From Laetmonice hystrix (lineage: Eukaryota), in assembly GCA_965235115.1 (NCBI GenBank), contig OZ249440.1, forward strand, positions 13,206,001-13,270,000: DNA of 64,000 nucleotides, written 5' to 3'. The position numbers were made by a program, and so were the translations under genes. Position 1 is the stretch's first letter; every line of letters begins with the position of its first letter. Shown one piece after another: positions 8,943-22,840 of this stretch. The notes beneath the pieces were generated by a model. That model worked only from the letters and a program-made list of their open reading frames with translations. It searched no databases and was not told the DNA's origin.

Positions 8943-11900
8943 TATGGCAGTGATGTATGTTATTAAATGAATATACGATAGATGTAATTGTATATCTGGT
9001 ACAGAACGGTCCATGTTTACCTATCAATTCGATGTGCGTGCATTTATCATCAGTGATAACAGTTAGATAATCAACTGAATGGCAGTGTTTTGTTTGTTAT
9101 AAACTGTTGGAACCATAAAAGTCATTTCACACAGACAAAGTGCTGTGAATTTGTAGTGTTATACGTACTTCCTCTCCGGTCCTGTTTCTGGTCCATCTCG
9201 GACCCCAAGCTGACAAAAACAAATTGTAGGCCTACATACGGAACGCTGTGAATGGATCAAACGGTATCGAATTTAAGCTGTTTGAATAGACTAGTGTCAT
9301 TGTGAGAAACTCAACCCGCTCGTGTATTTGTATGGTTAATGGTATTTTAATCGTTTCTTTCACACGAACTAATTACAACCATTTAAAAGGTGAACTGTAC
9401 ATGTTCGTATTTTCTAAAAACGCCTTTTGTAGTAATTCTGCTTAAACGAGGAATACTAATTTCTATGTTTGACCCCTACACATTGTATGATGATAATCTG
9501 TCAGGGGTATACCATGAGAGTGATCCTAACACCAGGCTGACATCCAGGGACATCCTTACCCCACTGACATCAACATTAAGATCATCGCATCTCGAAAAGA
9601 TATGGCGAAAAGAAAAGTCAAACCAAATTTACACGTTTCTGCGCCTTCCATTGGTCTTTTATGAACGCTTTTACCATGGGGTTGCAACTCTCGGGTTCTC
9701 AAATAAATAAATAAATAAAATTGCAAATAACATTGTAAGGAGACTGGCTTATATTGATAAAACAACACAATATTTTGATAAGGTGTCTGGCCAGTAAGGA
9801 ATTACAACTAGGTTGAAAACAAGGTCCATTATTAACCACTTTAACACTATAGTCTCATCAGACGGGGACATTGTCTTGTACCTTTCCAATCAGAAAAGAT
9901 ATTTGTAAACAGCAACCAAAAACTAAATACGATGAAAGGTCTGTTCGATGAAAGGACTTTAACGGAACTAATCACGCTTTGTCTCGGAAAGTCTAAAAAC
10001 TGACAGCATAATTTCCGTTTCAGCCCCGAGATCTCGAGATGGTGAATGAATGATTGCATTTTGTGTGGACCTAATAACACGCACACAAAAGCGTTGTTTT
10101 ATGTATACGCTCGAAATGGCCGAATTTGTCAGACCATAACAACATGTCGTGAGCTACAAGAGGAAGCCAACTGGCTTTCTCACGAAATGAATGTCCCGCC
10201 GTGTTCTGCAGACGCTGATATATAGGACTGCCGGTACAGCCGACAGGCAAATTACGACAGCCGGCTCCGAGAGCACATTGACGGCGTCGTCCAACTTTAC
10301 AGTCCCGTCCCGTCAGGCCAAGTTTGCAAATGTACAAAGATGGTCATAACGTTCTGAAATATTATCAACGGAATTAGGTAGGGCACCGATGGCGATATCC
10401 GCATCTAAAGCCCAGTGTATCGACCTCCCTCCGTCAGTCCATTTCAGACGGCTTTGGTAGCACGTCGGTCGGTCACAGGGTCGGCCCGAACCGCAGGGAG
10501 ACCGGCCGCCTGGGTCGTTTTTATTTTATTATTAGCGCCGATTGTGGCTGGGAACCAGTCGATACCAGAACAATTCGATATAGAGTACCGATGTATTCAT
10601 CGGTTTTAATGGTTCGTTGTGTGATCATATTCCCCCTTTTCCCCGTATTTCTCAAGTTTTCCTAACGGAATATCTACCGTATGATAATCGGATGAGGACA
10701 TAGGACACCAAGAACCAAATGGGCCGTAATTGTTGCGTACATTTAATTATCACAATATGTGCATCTCAGCATAAACGTGCCCGGAGCTGTTGGCGGCAGG
10801 GAGCCCTCTCCAGCCCAGTTATGTATAGGAGCTTCCATCCTGCCAATCAACACTCGGCACCAGTCGATATATGAGGTAATTCCAGTCGTCGATCGCTTGC
10901 TTTCAGACTGCATTCACTGCCGTTAGATAGAGTAAATGTCGCGTTCCGTGTGCTGCTAGCATGGGGACGTTTGAGACCCATTCAATTCGAATATGACATA
11001 CCCCGTGGGGAGAATACCGAGGGAGGCACACCGCTAACAAAGTCCGCTAGTCGGACAACACCATTGTTCCGACTGGTCCATCCTTCACCACAGAACTTTT
11101 ACAAAATCAACGCTCCGTGCTGTGAATTTGATTCCAGTGTAGTTTAATGCCAGATTTGTGTGAATACAACGTGTTAGGAGGTCGGTGCGTGATTGCATTC
11201 CCCAAACTACTTTGTAAGCACTTCCTGCAGCGTTGATTTCGTTCGCCGTTCGAAATCTCCTGACGGCTGCAGACTTTGGGTACGGAAGGCGCAGTGGCCG
11301 GAAAACCGTTTTTTGGTTGTAAGCCTAGATTAAGTTACGGGGCCGGGGTCTGTCGTCTTAAAGAGGCGTTCTGCCTGCTTCATGCCTCCGGAGTGGTTTA
11401 ATCTTCGTTCTCGTCCTTGGCTGGTTTGGCCGACCCGTTATGTCAAACATGATTGCTCGCCGACAGTGAATTTGTCCAGCAGCGTTCCGACGCTGATTGG
11501 AACGCCAGGTCTGAGGCGCTCCTATAGGAGGATCATTGAGTACGGTTGACCAAGCAACTTCTTCCATCGAAACTCCTTCAACCGTGTACGGTTGATTGAT
11601 ACATTCTAGCAGAAACCTATCATCGTACTTATATCATCGTACTTATATCATCGTACTTACATCCCAAAGTCGTATGCAAGGCAGCAGCACCGCCAACCAC
11701 CGAAAACCAGCGGCTTGAACAGAAAACCAACTGTTAACGTATTACTATTACACCGTACGGTAGGAGTCCCAATACCGTACCCATGTTGTTATCAATTTTC
11801 AGCCATCATTATTCGTTGTCTCCACGGACTTTCACTGCCATGCAGATGTTACTAGTTTATTAAGCTGGGGAGGAATCATATGACGTCAACACTTTCCATT

Positions 11901-13031
11901 AAAACTATTTTTATGGCAACGACTGCCTGTACACACATCTGAACTTTCCTTCCTTTACTTCAATACAATATATGGAAACACAGTGGCAGACTGTAGTTTG
12001 TGTTATACGGTAAGCTAATACGGCTTTAAAAACCGTTTTTGCTTTCAATCTTCTTTTGTTAACAGGGGACCAGATGTAATTTGACATCTTATATTTGGAA
12101 AACCGATTGGACGTCTGAAACTTGGATCTCAGAATGAGATTATTCAGTCTTCTCACTGACTGGCTAAGGGCCCTACAATATGGCTTAATATGTACGTAGT
12201 ATTATTATGTATCCCTATATCCGCCCTATATCCTATTTCCTGATGTACATGGTCCCTCTATCCACCAACATCGTTTACGTTAAGTACAAGGCACATGCCC
12301 CTGTTTCTCTTAGCCAGGTCGAACCCAATTTTCTCCCATCTCCCGGCAATACTTCACAGAGACCAATGCTTTCAGTTTTATTGATCACTTTTTAAGGGAC
12401 CACGGAACAACAAAGACGTTGGGAGAAAAACGTGAGAGTTTATGATTCCGTTTGGCATACAATTGACTGTTAAGTCATAAAGAAAAGAAGTATATCTATT
12501 TTGTGTGAAGAAACACTAAAACAAACTTTATCGACTGTAGGAGAAAGGTTAAGAGATAGATAACAGCCCAGACGACGAGTATGGACCGGGGTGATCTAGC
12601 GTGGGTGAATTTATTCTCCCTACAACGGACAGCAAACACCACAAAACAACATTTCTGAACCAAATATATAGGCTATAGGTCAAACAGTCTGCCAAGGAAC
12701 AACTTTAAGGATGGGAAGGTAGAGTTTACTATCGACCCATATCGATGGGACAGACGGCAGAAGACTAAACAGTGTTGATATGCTGTTCTTCTGTTTGACC
12801 TGCGGAAGGACGTTCTCAGTGGGGAAAACACCCACCTGCTTTCATCCCTGCCGAGTGACTTTCAACAACCTTACGTCGAGCACGTACGCCTCTCGTTATA
12901 GCAATAAACGTAGAAGTCCAATGAAATAAGCCTCACAGGAGTTACATCCGGCGCTTATAGTCTTTTTGGAGGAGACGACACGAAGCTAGTTTCCTTTTCG
13001 TGACAAAAGGACAAAGAAAAACATACAAAAA

Positions 13032-13064
13032 GAAGAAGAAGAAGAAGAAGAAGAAGAAGAAGAA
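13032..13064 (+). repeat. (GAA)11 microsatellite
   Basis: Read directly from the sequence. Confidence 0.95.
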
Positions 13065-15029
13065 GGTATGTATACGCTAAGGTTGGGTGTTTGGTGGTTG
13101 GCTTGTCGCGCCAACTGCACCATGTAGGGCTAAGGGCAATATGAACCTCTTTACGAACTTACTATTAAAAACGACCATTCTGCCGGTTTGCACTAATTGA
13201 CGCCCTGTCCCTGCCTCCCATACATCCGGCTGCCTATTAAGGGAATTCTGAATCACTCAAGATGTTCTAGTTATAAGGTCAACTATACAAGCCTGCCTTT
13301 CCATCGATTATGATGTTTTAAAGACTCACGTGAATTCTGAATCGCCCACGAATGTGTTGTTATTGGGGATATACTTGTCTTTTCATCTAGGCATATACAT
13401 ACACTGCCAGGTCCTCAGTCTTGTCCATAACAAAAAATATACCGTTTGAGAATTAGTGCAGGATGATATCATTCTGAGTGCAGCCTTTTAAATGTATACA
13501 TATTTTACACAGAAGAATGAGTCTGTAATTCTAGAGTATAGTGGTGACTGTCCATGCATGTATAGCGTATACTTGCGCCCTTATAGACATCTAACAGGAC
13601 TTGATGGATTGACAAATAGGTCGCCTCTCCCAGTCGCTTCTTATGAATGCTGCGGGTAACCTGTTAGTGGTAACTGTCAACAAAGCTTTGGACCACTGAG
13701 ACATGGCCTTCATGGCCTTCTTTATGGAGGAATCCGTTTTACGGTTCACGGTGTTTGACATGGAAGCCAATAATGTACAATATGCTGTCCGCAACGTGTG
13801 GGTTTATAGGTGACCATCACTGAGATCAGTAGACCCTGAGGGTCTCCGTCCAACTATGGATAGGGAAGCACCTGGCTGTAGTCATTGTTGACCTGGCCCA
13901 TAAAACCTGGATTAAAGAGAGAGCTGCCCTCCCTCGCGGGGATCCCATTCGTACTTTAATTGAATACCACCGCGACACTCCATTCAGGTCCATCACAGTC
14001 GACCCGTCTCCCCCTGGTCCAAGCTGCGGCGCCCGAGTCAGACTTCTCCCAATGGAGGAAACGGGCCGCCAAAATAACGTTTATTTCATGCCAAACAGAT
14101 GCAAACACAGTCACGCTGTGATCTGATTCCAACATTTCTCTTAGCCTGGCTTCCAAAGAATGACAAATCGGTAATTTAGAGCTGCGTAAATTCTAGTTTT
14201 TACAGAGCAAGGAACAAAATGGATTGGTTTCTCACCTTTAAAATCCATTTCAATCGTACAAATTGTCATCCTGCTGTTAGTGTATTACCACTTATTTCAA
14301 ACACAGTAAGAACCGGCGAGATCATTATTTTCACGGATTTCCACTCACTCCAGAGCCCCTGAGTAGGCCATCAAATTTATGAACACGATTTCCAGAGCTT
14401 TTCTTTGGGCATTGATCCCTTTAACGTGTCAAAACCGGGGCTCTACAGGTAGGATCAACGCCCAGATACGAGCCTCAATTCGAGGAGGAAACTCCTGACA
14501 ACAGCGGCTTCTGCCGCAAAGACTGCCGGCTTGTGTAAGGATGATCTCTTTAAATTGGGCTCCAAAACAAACGGAAACTGAGCCCTCTTGATGTGTTTCT
14601 GTGCAGGCATCAGGAGGCCCTCTCGTGGAGGTAATGCCAAAGGTTTTGTACGTGGTGGGTCCCTCCACACACGGCGTCATGATCCGTCAGCAAAAAAATA
14701 CATTCTGTTTCTCTAGGAACCTTTGGGTAATGGTCGTTTAATCGATTGGGGCAACGGCCAACCAGGGAAAACACGGCCTGGGCAGACGCGTGTGACCGCC
14801 TGGCTGTTGGGTGGTAATAGGAAAGACTGGTCTGGAAACACTGGTCCCTGCAGTGGTTGGTCGTAAGGCATACCTAGTTCTGAGATACTGACCGTAACAG
14901 GCGTGGACCCTCACGGAAATCTCTTCATTAAAGCGTTGATTCTACTTTTACTGTATAGGGTCTTCTTGATCAGGCAAATAACAGCAGACACCATGATTTG
15001 GTAGGTACGTAGGCCAAGCCCTCTTCGCC

Positions 15030-15180
15030 TAGAGAGACAGAGGGAGAGATAGAGCAGGTAGAGAGAAAGAGAGTGAGAGAGAGAGAGAGCACACAGGCAG
15101 AGAGGGAGAGAGACAGAGAGAGGGAGCCGAGGATGGAGAGGAGAGAGAGAGAGGGAATGAGAGAGAGGGGGAGAGAGCAG
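15030..15180 (+). repeat. Degenerate GA-rich low-complexity tract
   Basis: Read directly; followed by a donor-like TCA|GTAAGT near 15206. Confidence 0.9.
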
Positions 15181-15697
15181 GCCGACTACAAAACCGTGAC
15201 GGCTCAGTAAGTATAGTTTTACGTCGTCCGAGAATGGGCACTCTCCTGTCTTTCTAAAATATAAACCACACGATCCCTTCTTTTCTGCACAATGTTGAGG
15301 CTATAATTATGAGTAATTATGACGGCTCATAAACACACAAACAAAGCCCAAGTACTGTTAAGGATTGCACTGTAAAAATCATTGTATCGCCGCGAGGGAG
15401 GAGCATAATAATAATCCATACCCGAGGACAACACTTGAAACGATCATACTGTAACGTAACTCGGGATGTTGTCTGAATAAACCATTGTAAACACGACACA
15501 TCATGGGCTCACTCATCATTCAGTCATCTCACCTATTGTTAAGTTAGCGCCACCATTTTTAAAGTAATACAGGATCTGAGCGTGGCAGCGTGTTGCTGTA
15601 TAGATACAACACTCATCTATACTCTGTTTAAACTCTCCTTCTCGTCCTCCCGACAGTTAATTGTTCGTGACAACGGAATACCAGCGCGTCCCGTTGG

Positions 15698-15708
15698 TGC
15701 GCATGCGC
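15698..15708. promoter_or_regulatory. NRF1-type palindrome TGCGCATGCGC
   Basis: Exact match to the NRF1/EWG consensus; motif only. Confidence 0.3.
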
Positions 15709-16333
15709 TGTGGCTGTGTTAGTGTGACCAGTCACACCACTACAACAGTCCAGTTATAACGATGGGTGCACTCTACTGAATTATTCAACCATTCCTTGAT
15801 GGAATTACTGCAAACACCAAACCCTGGTCGACAGAAGAGCCGACATATATTTTGGTTGCTGTTGCGGCAAGCTCGCAATGATTACGTCCACCCTGACCTC
15901 AGCAATCAGAAAGGTATTACAGACGGAGTAATCATAGGCCTATATCACGTCCATGCCTTCCAATATTATTCATTTCGTTTTCCCGATATAACCAGCAGGC
16001 AGTTTTTGTAATGTAAAAAGGATTCATTTCTCTGTGATCACGACCATTGCGATGGCCAATCTCAGTCAATAATGTTCACATCCATCTTTTACTAACGTTC
16101 TACCTCACATCAATACACCCCCACTCCACCCCCCCCCCCACCCCCACCAATACACCCACTTACACATACTACAACCATGATGGACGACTCGGGAGGGTGA
16201 GTAGAGGGACCTACAGCCCAACCCCTATTTTTGATTAAGGAAAGGGGCAGTATGCCAGTTTGTGGCATCAAGGCCCACGCTATGGATTCTAACCTAAATG
16301 TTCCGATGCCCCGTGTTTAACCTAATCATGACT

Positions 16334-16349
16334 GACGCCACCTGGTGAG
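16334..16349 (-). promoter_or_regulatory. CTCF-like motif
   Basis: The minus strand reads CTCACCAGGTGGCGTC. Confidence 0.4.
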
Positions 16350-17035
16350 TAGCTTGGAAGGCGTCACCCGTCATTAAGACGCCCTGTCATTTCAATCTGC
16401 TCTTAATTAACTTTTAACAAAAGAACACATTACGCATTTATGCATTTTTATCCTGAACGATTACTCAAGGCGGGGTCCAAACTAACCCGTGAGCGAACGT
16501 CCTGTATTTGTAACCTTACACCAACTGCTGCTCGGAGCAGTTTCCGCACAATGTCCATGGATCACATGCAATTCATCATCGTGTCTACACAAAAACCGGC
16601 CGTACCATTTTCCTTGGGTGTACATAAACCTTTGTAGCTCACTTACAGACGTCACTTACGTTCGTATAACCTACAGGGCTCTACCAAATTACTCCGATCG
16701 CTTCCTCTAGCTGTCCCGTGTCACCGAGTGGTCATTTGTTATCCAATTCCTGTCTCATTGAATTGGCATCACAATGACACTTCCCGCTTGTGTCCTGACT
16801 GTCTATAGCTCACCCTACTCATACAGCCATATTGAAATAGTCACAATAATTATCTTCGATATACATTGTCGAGAAATTCGGGGCTGGTTCTAAATATAGA
16901 TGTATAGATGTATAGATGAAAGGTTACGTGTCCCCTGTATTGTGACCAGACAAGTTAGGTCAAGCGATTTCGGCAAAAACCTGTAAATTCGATGTCGAAG
17001 TTTTCATTATCGGCCGTCGACGAATGGTTTCACGT

Positions 17036-17179
17036 NNNNNNNNNNNNNNNNNNNNNNNNNNNNNNNNNNNNNNNNNNNNNNNNNNNNNNNNNNNNNNNNN
17101 NNNNNNNNNNNNNNNNNNNNNNNNNNNNNNNNNNNNNNNNNNNNNNNNNNNNNNNNNNNNNNNNNNNNNNNNNNNNNNN
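17036..17179. other. Assembly gap (144 N)
   Basis: Run of N. Confidence 1.
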
Positions 17180-17645
17180 GCCTGGGGGCCGCCCGGGGGG
17201 CGGGGTTTCGAGTGGATTGGGTGCATGGGGATGGGGTTGCTGTCTGAATGACAAACTTTATTTCACACAAAGACTATATTAAATACCATTTTGTTGATAT
17301 TCATCGTTCCGGTTCCAGGACATTTGAATGATTGTAACTTTGGCGTGTTCTTTAAGACGGGTTGTTAGGCTAAACTGTACTCAGACTGTATAGGCGCCAG
17401 CGGTTGGGCAATGTCAGTAGTATATGGAAATAGGCATTATTTTCAGGTACAAAAAAATGACTATCCGTTTTCTGAGGGATGTCAACGAAAACCAGCCTCT
17501 TTGGTTTCCCTGGCTGAGACATTCCCTACAAACCTACAAACAATAAAGTAAAGTAACATGATCAAGTACAAGGAAGGTATTGAGATGACTTGTCATCATA
17601 TTTATTCGTCTTCTATCACCAAACATATCGAATTATTTTATACAG

Positions 17646-17707
17646 CCACAATTAGCAGTGGACACCACTCAGAGCAGCAGTAGCTCGCACGGTCGGGATT
17701 ACCCTGG
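17646..17707 (+). other. Orphan exon candidate (PQLAVDTTQSSSSSHGRDYP)
   Basis: Acceptor ttatttttatacag, donor GG|GTGAGT at 17708; only one of three frames is open. No homology recognised. Confidence 0.3.
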
Positions 17708-18337
17708 GTGAGTGTGTGTCCACACTGAAGGTAGCTCTGAGTCAGCCTGAACTGAAAGCGTCTCACACGACACCGTTCTCTAATAGATCAGTATGCCCTG
17801 ATTGTTGACAGACTCAGCCCATTGTTCCACTAACGACCACCATGTAATGACCACTACAGCAAGGACCGCACAGGTATGGATATTTTATAAGGGCGCACCG
17901 ACTACAAAAAGACGAATTATAACCGCTCTCACGTTATTATTGGCCTGGGTCGAGCGCTTACCCAACACTCCTTGCATCATGTTCTCATTGTCAGTAAAAG
18001 CTCGCCAGTTTAGTATTTTTAATGGGAATATCATTCGTGTGTTTTTATTGTAATTGTAACCCACTGAAGAAGGAAGCAGTTTTTAAAGGCATGCAACATA
18101 ACGTTTTAGAATCTGCGATGAAATGCATATCTGGAAGTATTTGTTAGTCAATGTGCTCTCACGAGAGACCCTCCGGCAAAGAACATTTGCTAAATGCAGG
18201 CAAAGTGACACTTAATTTATGCACCACCGACAGTGAAAGTAAATGCTTCCTTGGGGCAACTGTTACTGACATCGTTAATGGTTTGAACGATGTAATATCT
18301 AGTATCGGAGCCGCATCGCTGGGGCATAATACTTCAG

Positions 18338-21300
18338 CACACCTAATTCTGTCCAGTCAGGGAGAGTTACTGGTGGTGGTTCACATTAGTCACTGAGTCA
18401 CACCTAATTCTGTCCAGTCAGGGAGAGTTACTGGTTGTGGAGTTGGTTCACATTAGTCACTGAGTCTCACCTAATTCTGTCCAGTCAGGGAGCGTTACTG
18501 GTTGTGGAGTTGGTCCACATTATAGTCTCTGAGTCACACCTAATTCTGTCCAGTCAGGGAGAGTTACTGCTTGTGGAGTTGGTCCACATTAGTCTCTGAG
18601 TCACACCTAATTCTGTCCAGTCAGGGAGAGTTACTGGTGGTTGTTCACATTAGTCACTGAGTCACACCTAATTCTGTCCAGTCAGGGAGAGTTACTGGTT
18701 GTGGAGTTGGTCACATTAGTCACTGAGTCAAACCTGATTCTGTCCAGTAAGGGAGAGTTACTGGTTGTGGAATTGGTCCACATTAGTCTCTGAGTCACAC
18801 CTAATTCTGTCCAGTCAGGGAGAGTTACTGGTTGTGGAGTTGGTCCACATTATAGTCACTGAGTCACAGCTGATTCTGTCCAGGAAGGGGGAGTTACTGG
18901 TTGTGGAGTTGGTTCACATTAATCACTGAGTCACACCTAATTCTGTCCAGTCAGGGAGAGTTACTGGTTGTGGAGTTGGTCACATTAGTCACTGAGTCAC
19001 ACCTGATTCTGGCCAGGAAGGGAGAGTTACTGGTTGTGGAGTTGGTTCACATTAGTCTCTGAGTCACACCTAATTCTGTCCAGTAAGGAAGAGTTACTGG
19101 TTGTGGAGTTGGTTCACATTAATCACTGAGTCACACCTAATTCTGTCCAGTCAGGGAGAGTTACTGGTTGTGGAGTTGGTCACATTAGTCACTGAGTCAC
19201 ACCTGATTCTGGCCAGGAAGGGAGAGTTACTGGTTGTGGAGTTGGTTCACATTAGTCTCTGAGTCACACCTAATTCTGTCCAGTAAGGAAGAGTTACTGG
19301 TTGTGGAGTTGGTTCACATTAATCACTGAGTCACACCTAATTCTGGCCAGTAAGGGAGAGTTACTGGTTGTGGAGTTGGTCACATTAGTCACTGAGTCAC
19401 ACCTGATTCCGGCCAGGAAGGGAGAGTTACTGGTTGTGGAGTTGGTTCACATTAGTCTCTGAGTCACACCTAATTCTGTCCAGTCAGGGAGAGTTACTGG
19501 TGGTGGTTCACATTAGTCACTGAGTCACACCTAGGGCCTAATTCTGTCCAGTCAGGGAGAGTTACTGGTTGTGGAGTTGGTCACATTAGTCACTGAGTCA
19601 CACCTAATTCTGTCCAGTCAGGGAGAGTTACTGGTAGTGGTTCACATTAGTCACTGAGTCACACCTAGGGCCTAATTCTGTCCAGTCAGGGAGAGTTACT
19701 GGTTGTGGAGTTGGTCACATTAGTCACTGAGTCAAATCTGATTTTATCCAGTAAGGGAGAGTTACTGGTTGTGGAGTTGGTCACATTAGTCACTGAGTCA
19801 CACCTAATTCTGTCCAGTCAGGGAGAGTTACTGCTTGTGGAGTTGGTCCACATTATAGTCACTGAGTCACACCTGATTCTGTCCAGGAAGGGAGAGTTAC
19901 TGGTTGTGGAGTTGGTCACATTAGTCACTGAGTCACACCTGATTCTGGCCAGTCAGGGAGAGTTACTGGTTGTGGAGTTGGTCACATTAGTCACTGAGTC
20001 ACACCTAATTCTGTCCAGTCAGGGAGAGTTACTGGTGGTGGTTCACATTAGTCACTGAGTCACACCTAATTCTGTCCAGTCAGGGAGAGTTACTGGTTGT
20101 GGAGTTGGTCACATTAGTCTCTGAGTCACACCTAATTCTGTCCAGTCAGGGAGAGTTTCTGGTTGTGGAGTTGGTCACATTAGTCACTGAGTCACACCTA
20201 ATTCTGTCCAGCCAGGGAGAGCTACTGGTTGTGGAGTTGGTCCACATTATAGTCACTGAGTCACAGCTGATTCTGTCCAGGAAGGGGGAGTTACTGGTTG
20301 TGGAGTTGGTTCACATTAATCACTGAGTCACACCTGATTCTGTTCAGTAAGGGACAGTTACTGGTTGTGGAGTTGGTCACATTAGTCACTGAGTCACACC
20401 TAATTGTGTCCAGCCAGGGAGAGCTACTGGTTGTGGAGTTGGTCACATTAGTCACTGAGTCACACCTGATTCTGTCCAGGAAGGGAGAGTTACTGGTTGT
20501 GGAGTTGGTCACATTAGTCACTGAGTCACACCTGATTCTGGCCAGTAAGGGAGAGTTACTGCTTGTGGAGTTGGTCACATTAGTCACTGAGTCACACCTG
20601 ATTTTGTCCAGGAAGGGAGAGTTACTGGTTGTGGAGTTGGTCACATTAGTCACTGAGTCACACCTGATTCTGGCCAGTAAGGGAGAGTTACTGGTTGTGG
20701 AGTTGGTCACATTAGTCACTGAGTCACACCTGATTCTGACCAGTAAGGGAGAGTTACTGGTTGTGGAGTTGGTCACATTAGTCACTGAGTCACACCTAAT
20801 TCTGTCCAGTCAGGGAGAGTTACTGGTTGTGGAGTTGGTCACATTAGTCACTGAGTCACACCTGATTTTGTCCAGGAAGGGAGAGTTACTGGTTGTGGAG
20901 TTGGTCACATTAGTCACTGAGTCACATCTGATTCTGTCCAGGAAGGGAGAGTTACTGGTTGTGGAGTTGGTCACATTAGTCACTGAGTCACACCTGATTC
21001 TGGCCAGTAAGGGAGAGTTACTGGTTGTGGAGTTGGTCACATTAGTCACTGAGTCACACCTGATTCTGACCAGTAAGGGAGAGTTACTGGTTGTGGAGTT
21101 GGTCACATTAGTCACTGAGTCACAGCTGATTCTGTCCAGTCAGGGAGAGTTACTGGTTGTGGAGTTGGTCACATTAGTCACTGAGTCACACCTGATTCTG
21201 TCCAGTAAGGGAGAGTTACTGGTTGTGGAGTTGGTCACATTAGTCACTGAGTCACACCTGATTCTGACCAGTAAGGGAGAGTTACTGGTTGTGGAGTTGG

Positions 21301-22840
21301 TCACATTAGTCACTGAGTCACACCTAATTCTGTCCAGTCAGGGAGAGTTACTGGTTGTGGAGTTGGTCACATTAGTCACTGAGTCACAGCTGATTCTGAC
21401 CAGTAAGGGAGAGTTACTGGTTGTGGAGTTGGTCACATTAGTCACTGAGTCACACCTGATTCTGGCCAGTAAGGGAGAGTTACTGGTTGTGGAGTTGGTC
21501 ACATTAGTCTCTGAGTCACACCTAATTCTGTCCAGTCAGGGAGAGTTTCTGGTTGTGGAGTTGGTCACATTAGTCACTGAGTCACACCTAATTCTGTCCA
21601 GCCAGGGAGAGCTACTGGTTGTGGAGTTGGTCCACATTATAGTCACTGAGTCACAGCTGATTCTGTCCAGGAAGGGGGAGTTACTGGTTGTGGAGTTGGT
21701 TCACATTAATCACTGAGTCACACCTGATTCTGTTCAGTAAGGGAGAGTTACTGGTTGTGGAGTTGGTCACATTAGTCACTGAGTCACACCTAATTGTGTC
21801 CAGCCAGGGAGAGCTACTGGTTGTGGAGTTGGTCACATTAGTCACTGAGTCACACCTGATTCTGTCCAGGAAGGGAGAGTTACTGGTTGTGGAGTTGGTC
21901 ACATTAGTCACTGAGTCACACCTGATTCTGGCCAGTAAGGGAGAGTTACTGCTTGTGGAGTTGGTCACATTAGTCACTGAGTCACACCTGATTTTGTCCA
22001 GGAAGGGAGAGTTACTGGTTGTGGAGTTGGTCACATTAGTCACTGAGTCACACCTGATTCTGGCCAGTAAGGGAGAGTTACTGGTTGTGGAGTTGGTCAC
22101 ATTAGTCACTGAGTCACACCTGATTCTGACCAGTAAGGGAGAGTTACTGGTTGTGGAGTTGGTCACATTAGTCACTGAGTCACACCTAATTCTGTCCAGT
22201 CAGGGAGAGTTACTGGTTGTGGAGTTGGTCACATTAGTCACTGAGTCACACCTGATTTTGTCCAGGAAGGGAGAGTTACTGGTTGTGGAGTTGGTCACAT
22301 TAGTCACTGAGTCACATCTGATTCTGTCCAGGAAGGGAGAGTTACTGGTTGTGGAGTTGGTCACATTAGTCACTGAGTCACACCTGATTCTGGCCAGTAA
22401 GGGAGAGTTACTGGTTGTGGAGTTGGTCACATTAGTCACTGAGTCACACCTGATTCTGACCAGTAAGGGAGAGTTACTGGTTGTGGAGTTGGTCACATTA
22501 GTCACTGAGTCACAGCTGATTCTGTCCAGTCAGGGAGAGTTACTGGTTGTGGAGTTGGTCACATTAGTCACTGAGTCACACCTGATTCTGTCCAGTAAGG
22601 GAGAGTTACTGGTTGTGGAGTTGGTCACATTAGTCACTGAGTCACACCTGATTCTGACCAGTAAGGGAGAGTTACTGGTTGTGGAGTTGGTCACATTAGT
22701 CACTGAGTCACACCTAATTCTGTCCAGTCAGGGAGAGTTACTGGTTGTGGAGTTGGTCACATTAGTCACTGAGTCACAGCTGATTCTGACCAGTAAGGGA
22801 GAGTTACTGGTTGTGGAGTTGGTCACATTAGTCACTGAGT
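18338..22840 (+). repeat. 63-bp minisatellite, about 71 copies, with 57/64/66-bp variant units
   Basis: Consensus CACACCTAATTCTGTCCAGTCAGGGAGAGTTACTGGTTGTGGAGTTGGTCACATTAGTCACTGAGT-type unit; source of the 451-472 aa ORFs in the track. Confidence 0.98.

Noticed and set aside
9487-9567. Possible C/D box snoRNA (ATGATGA ... CTGA)
   Set aside because: The terminal stem is poor, I recognised no rRNA-complementary guide, and it is not in a demonstrated intron.
16960-17282. ORFs spanning the N gaps (also 42606-42938)
   Set aside because: Artefacts of translating through unknown bases.
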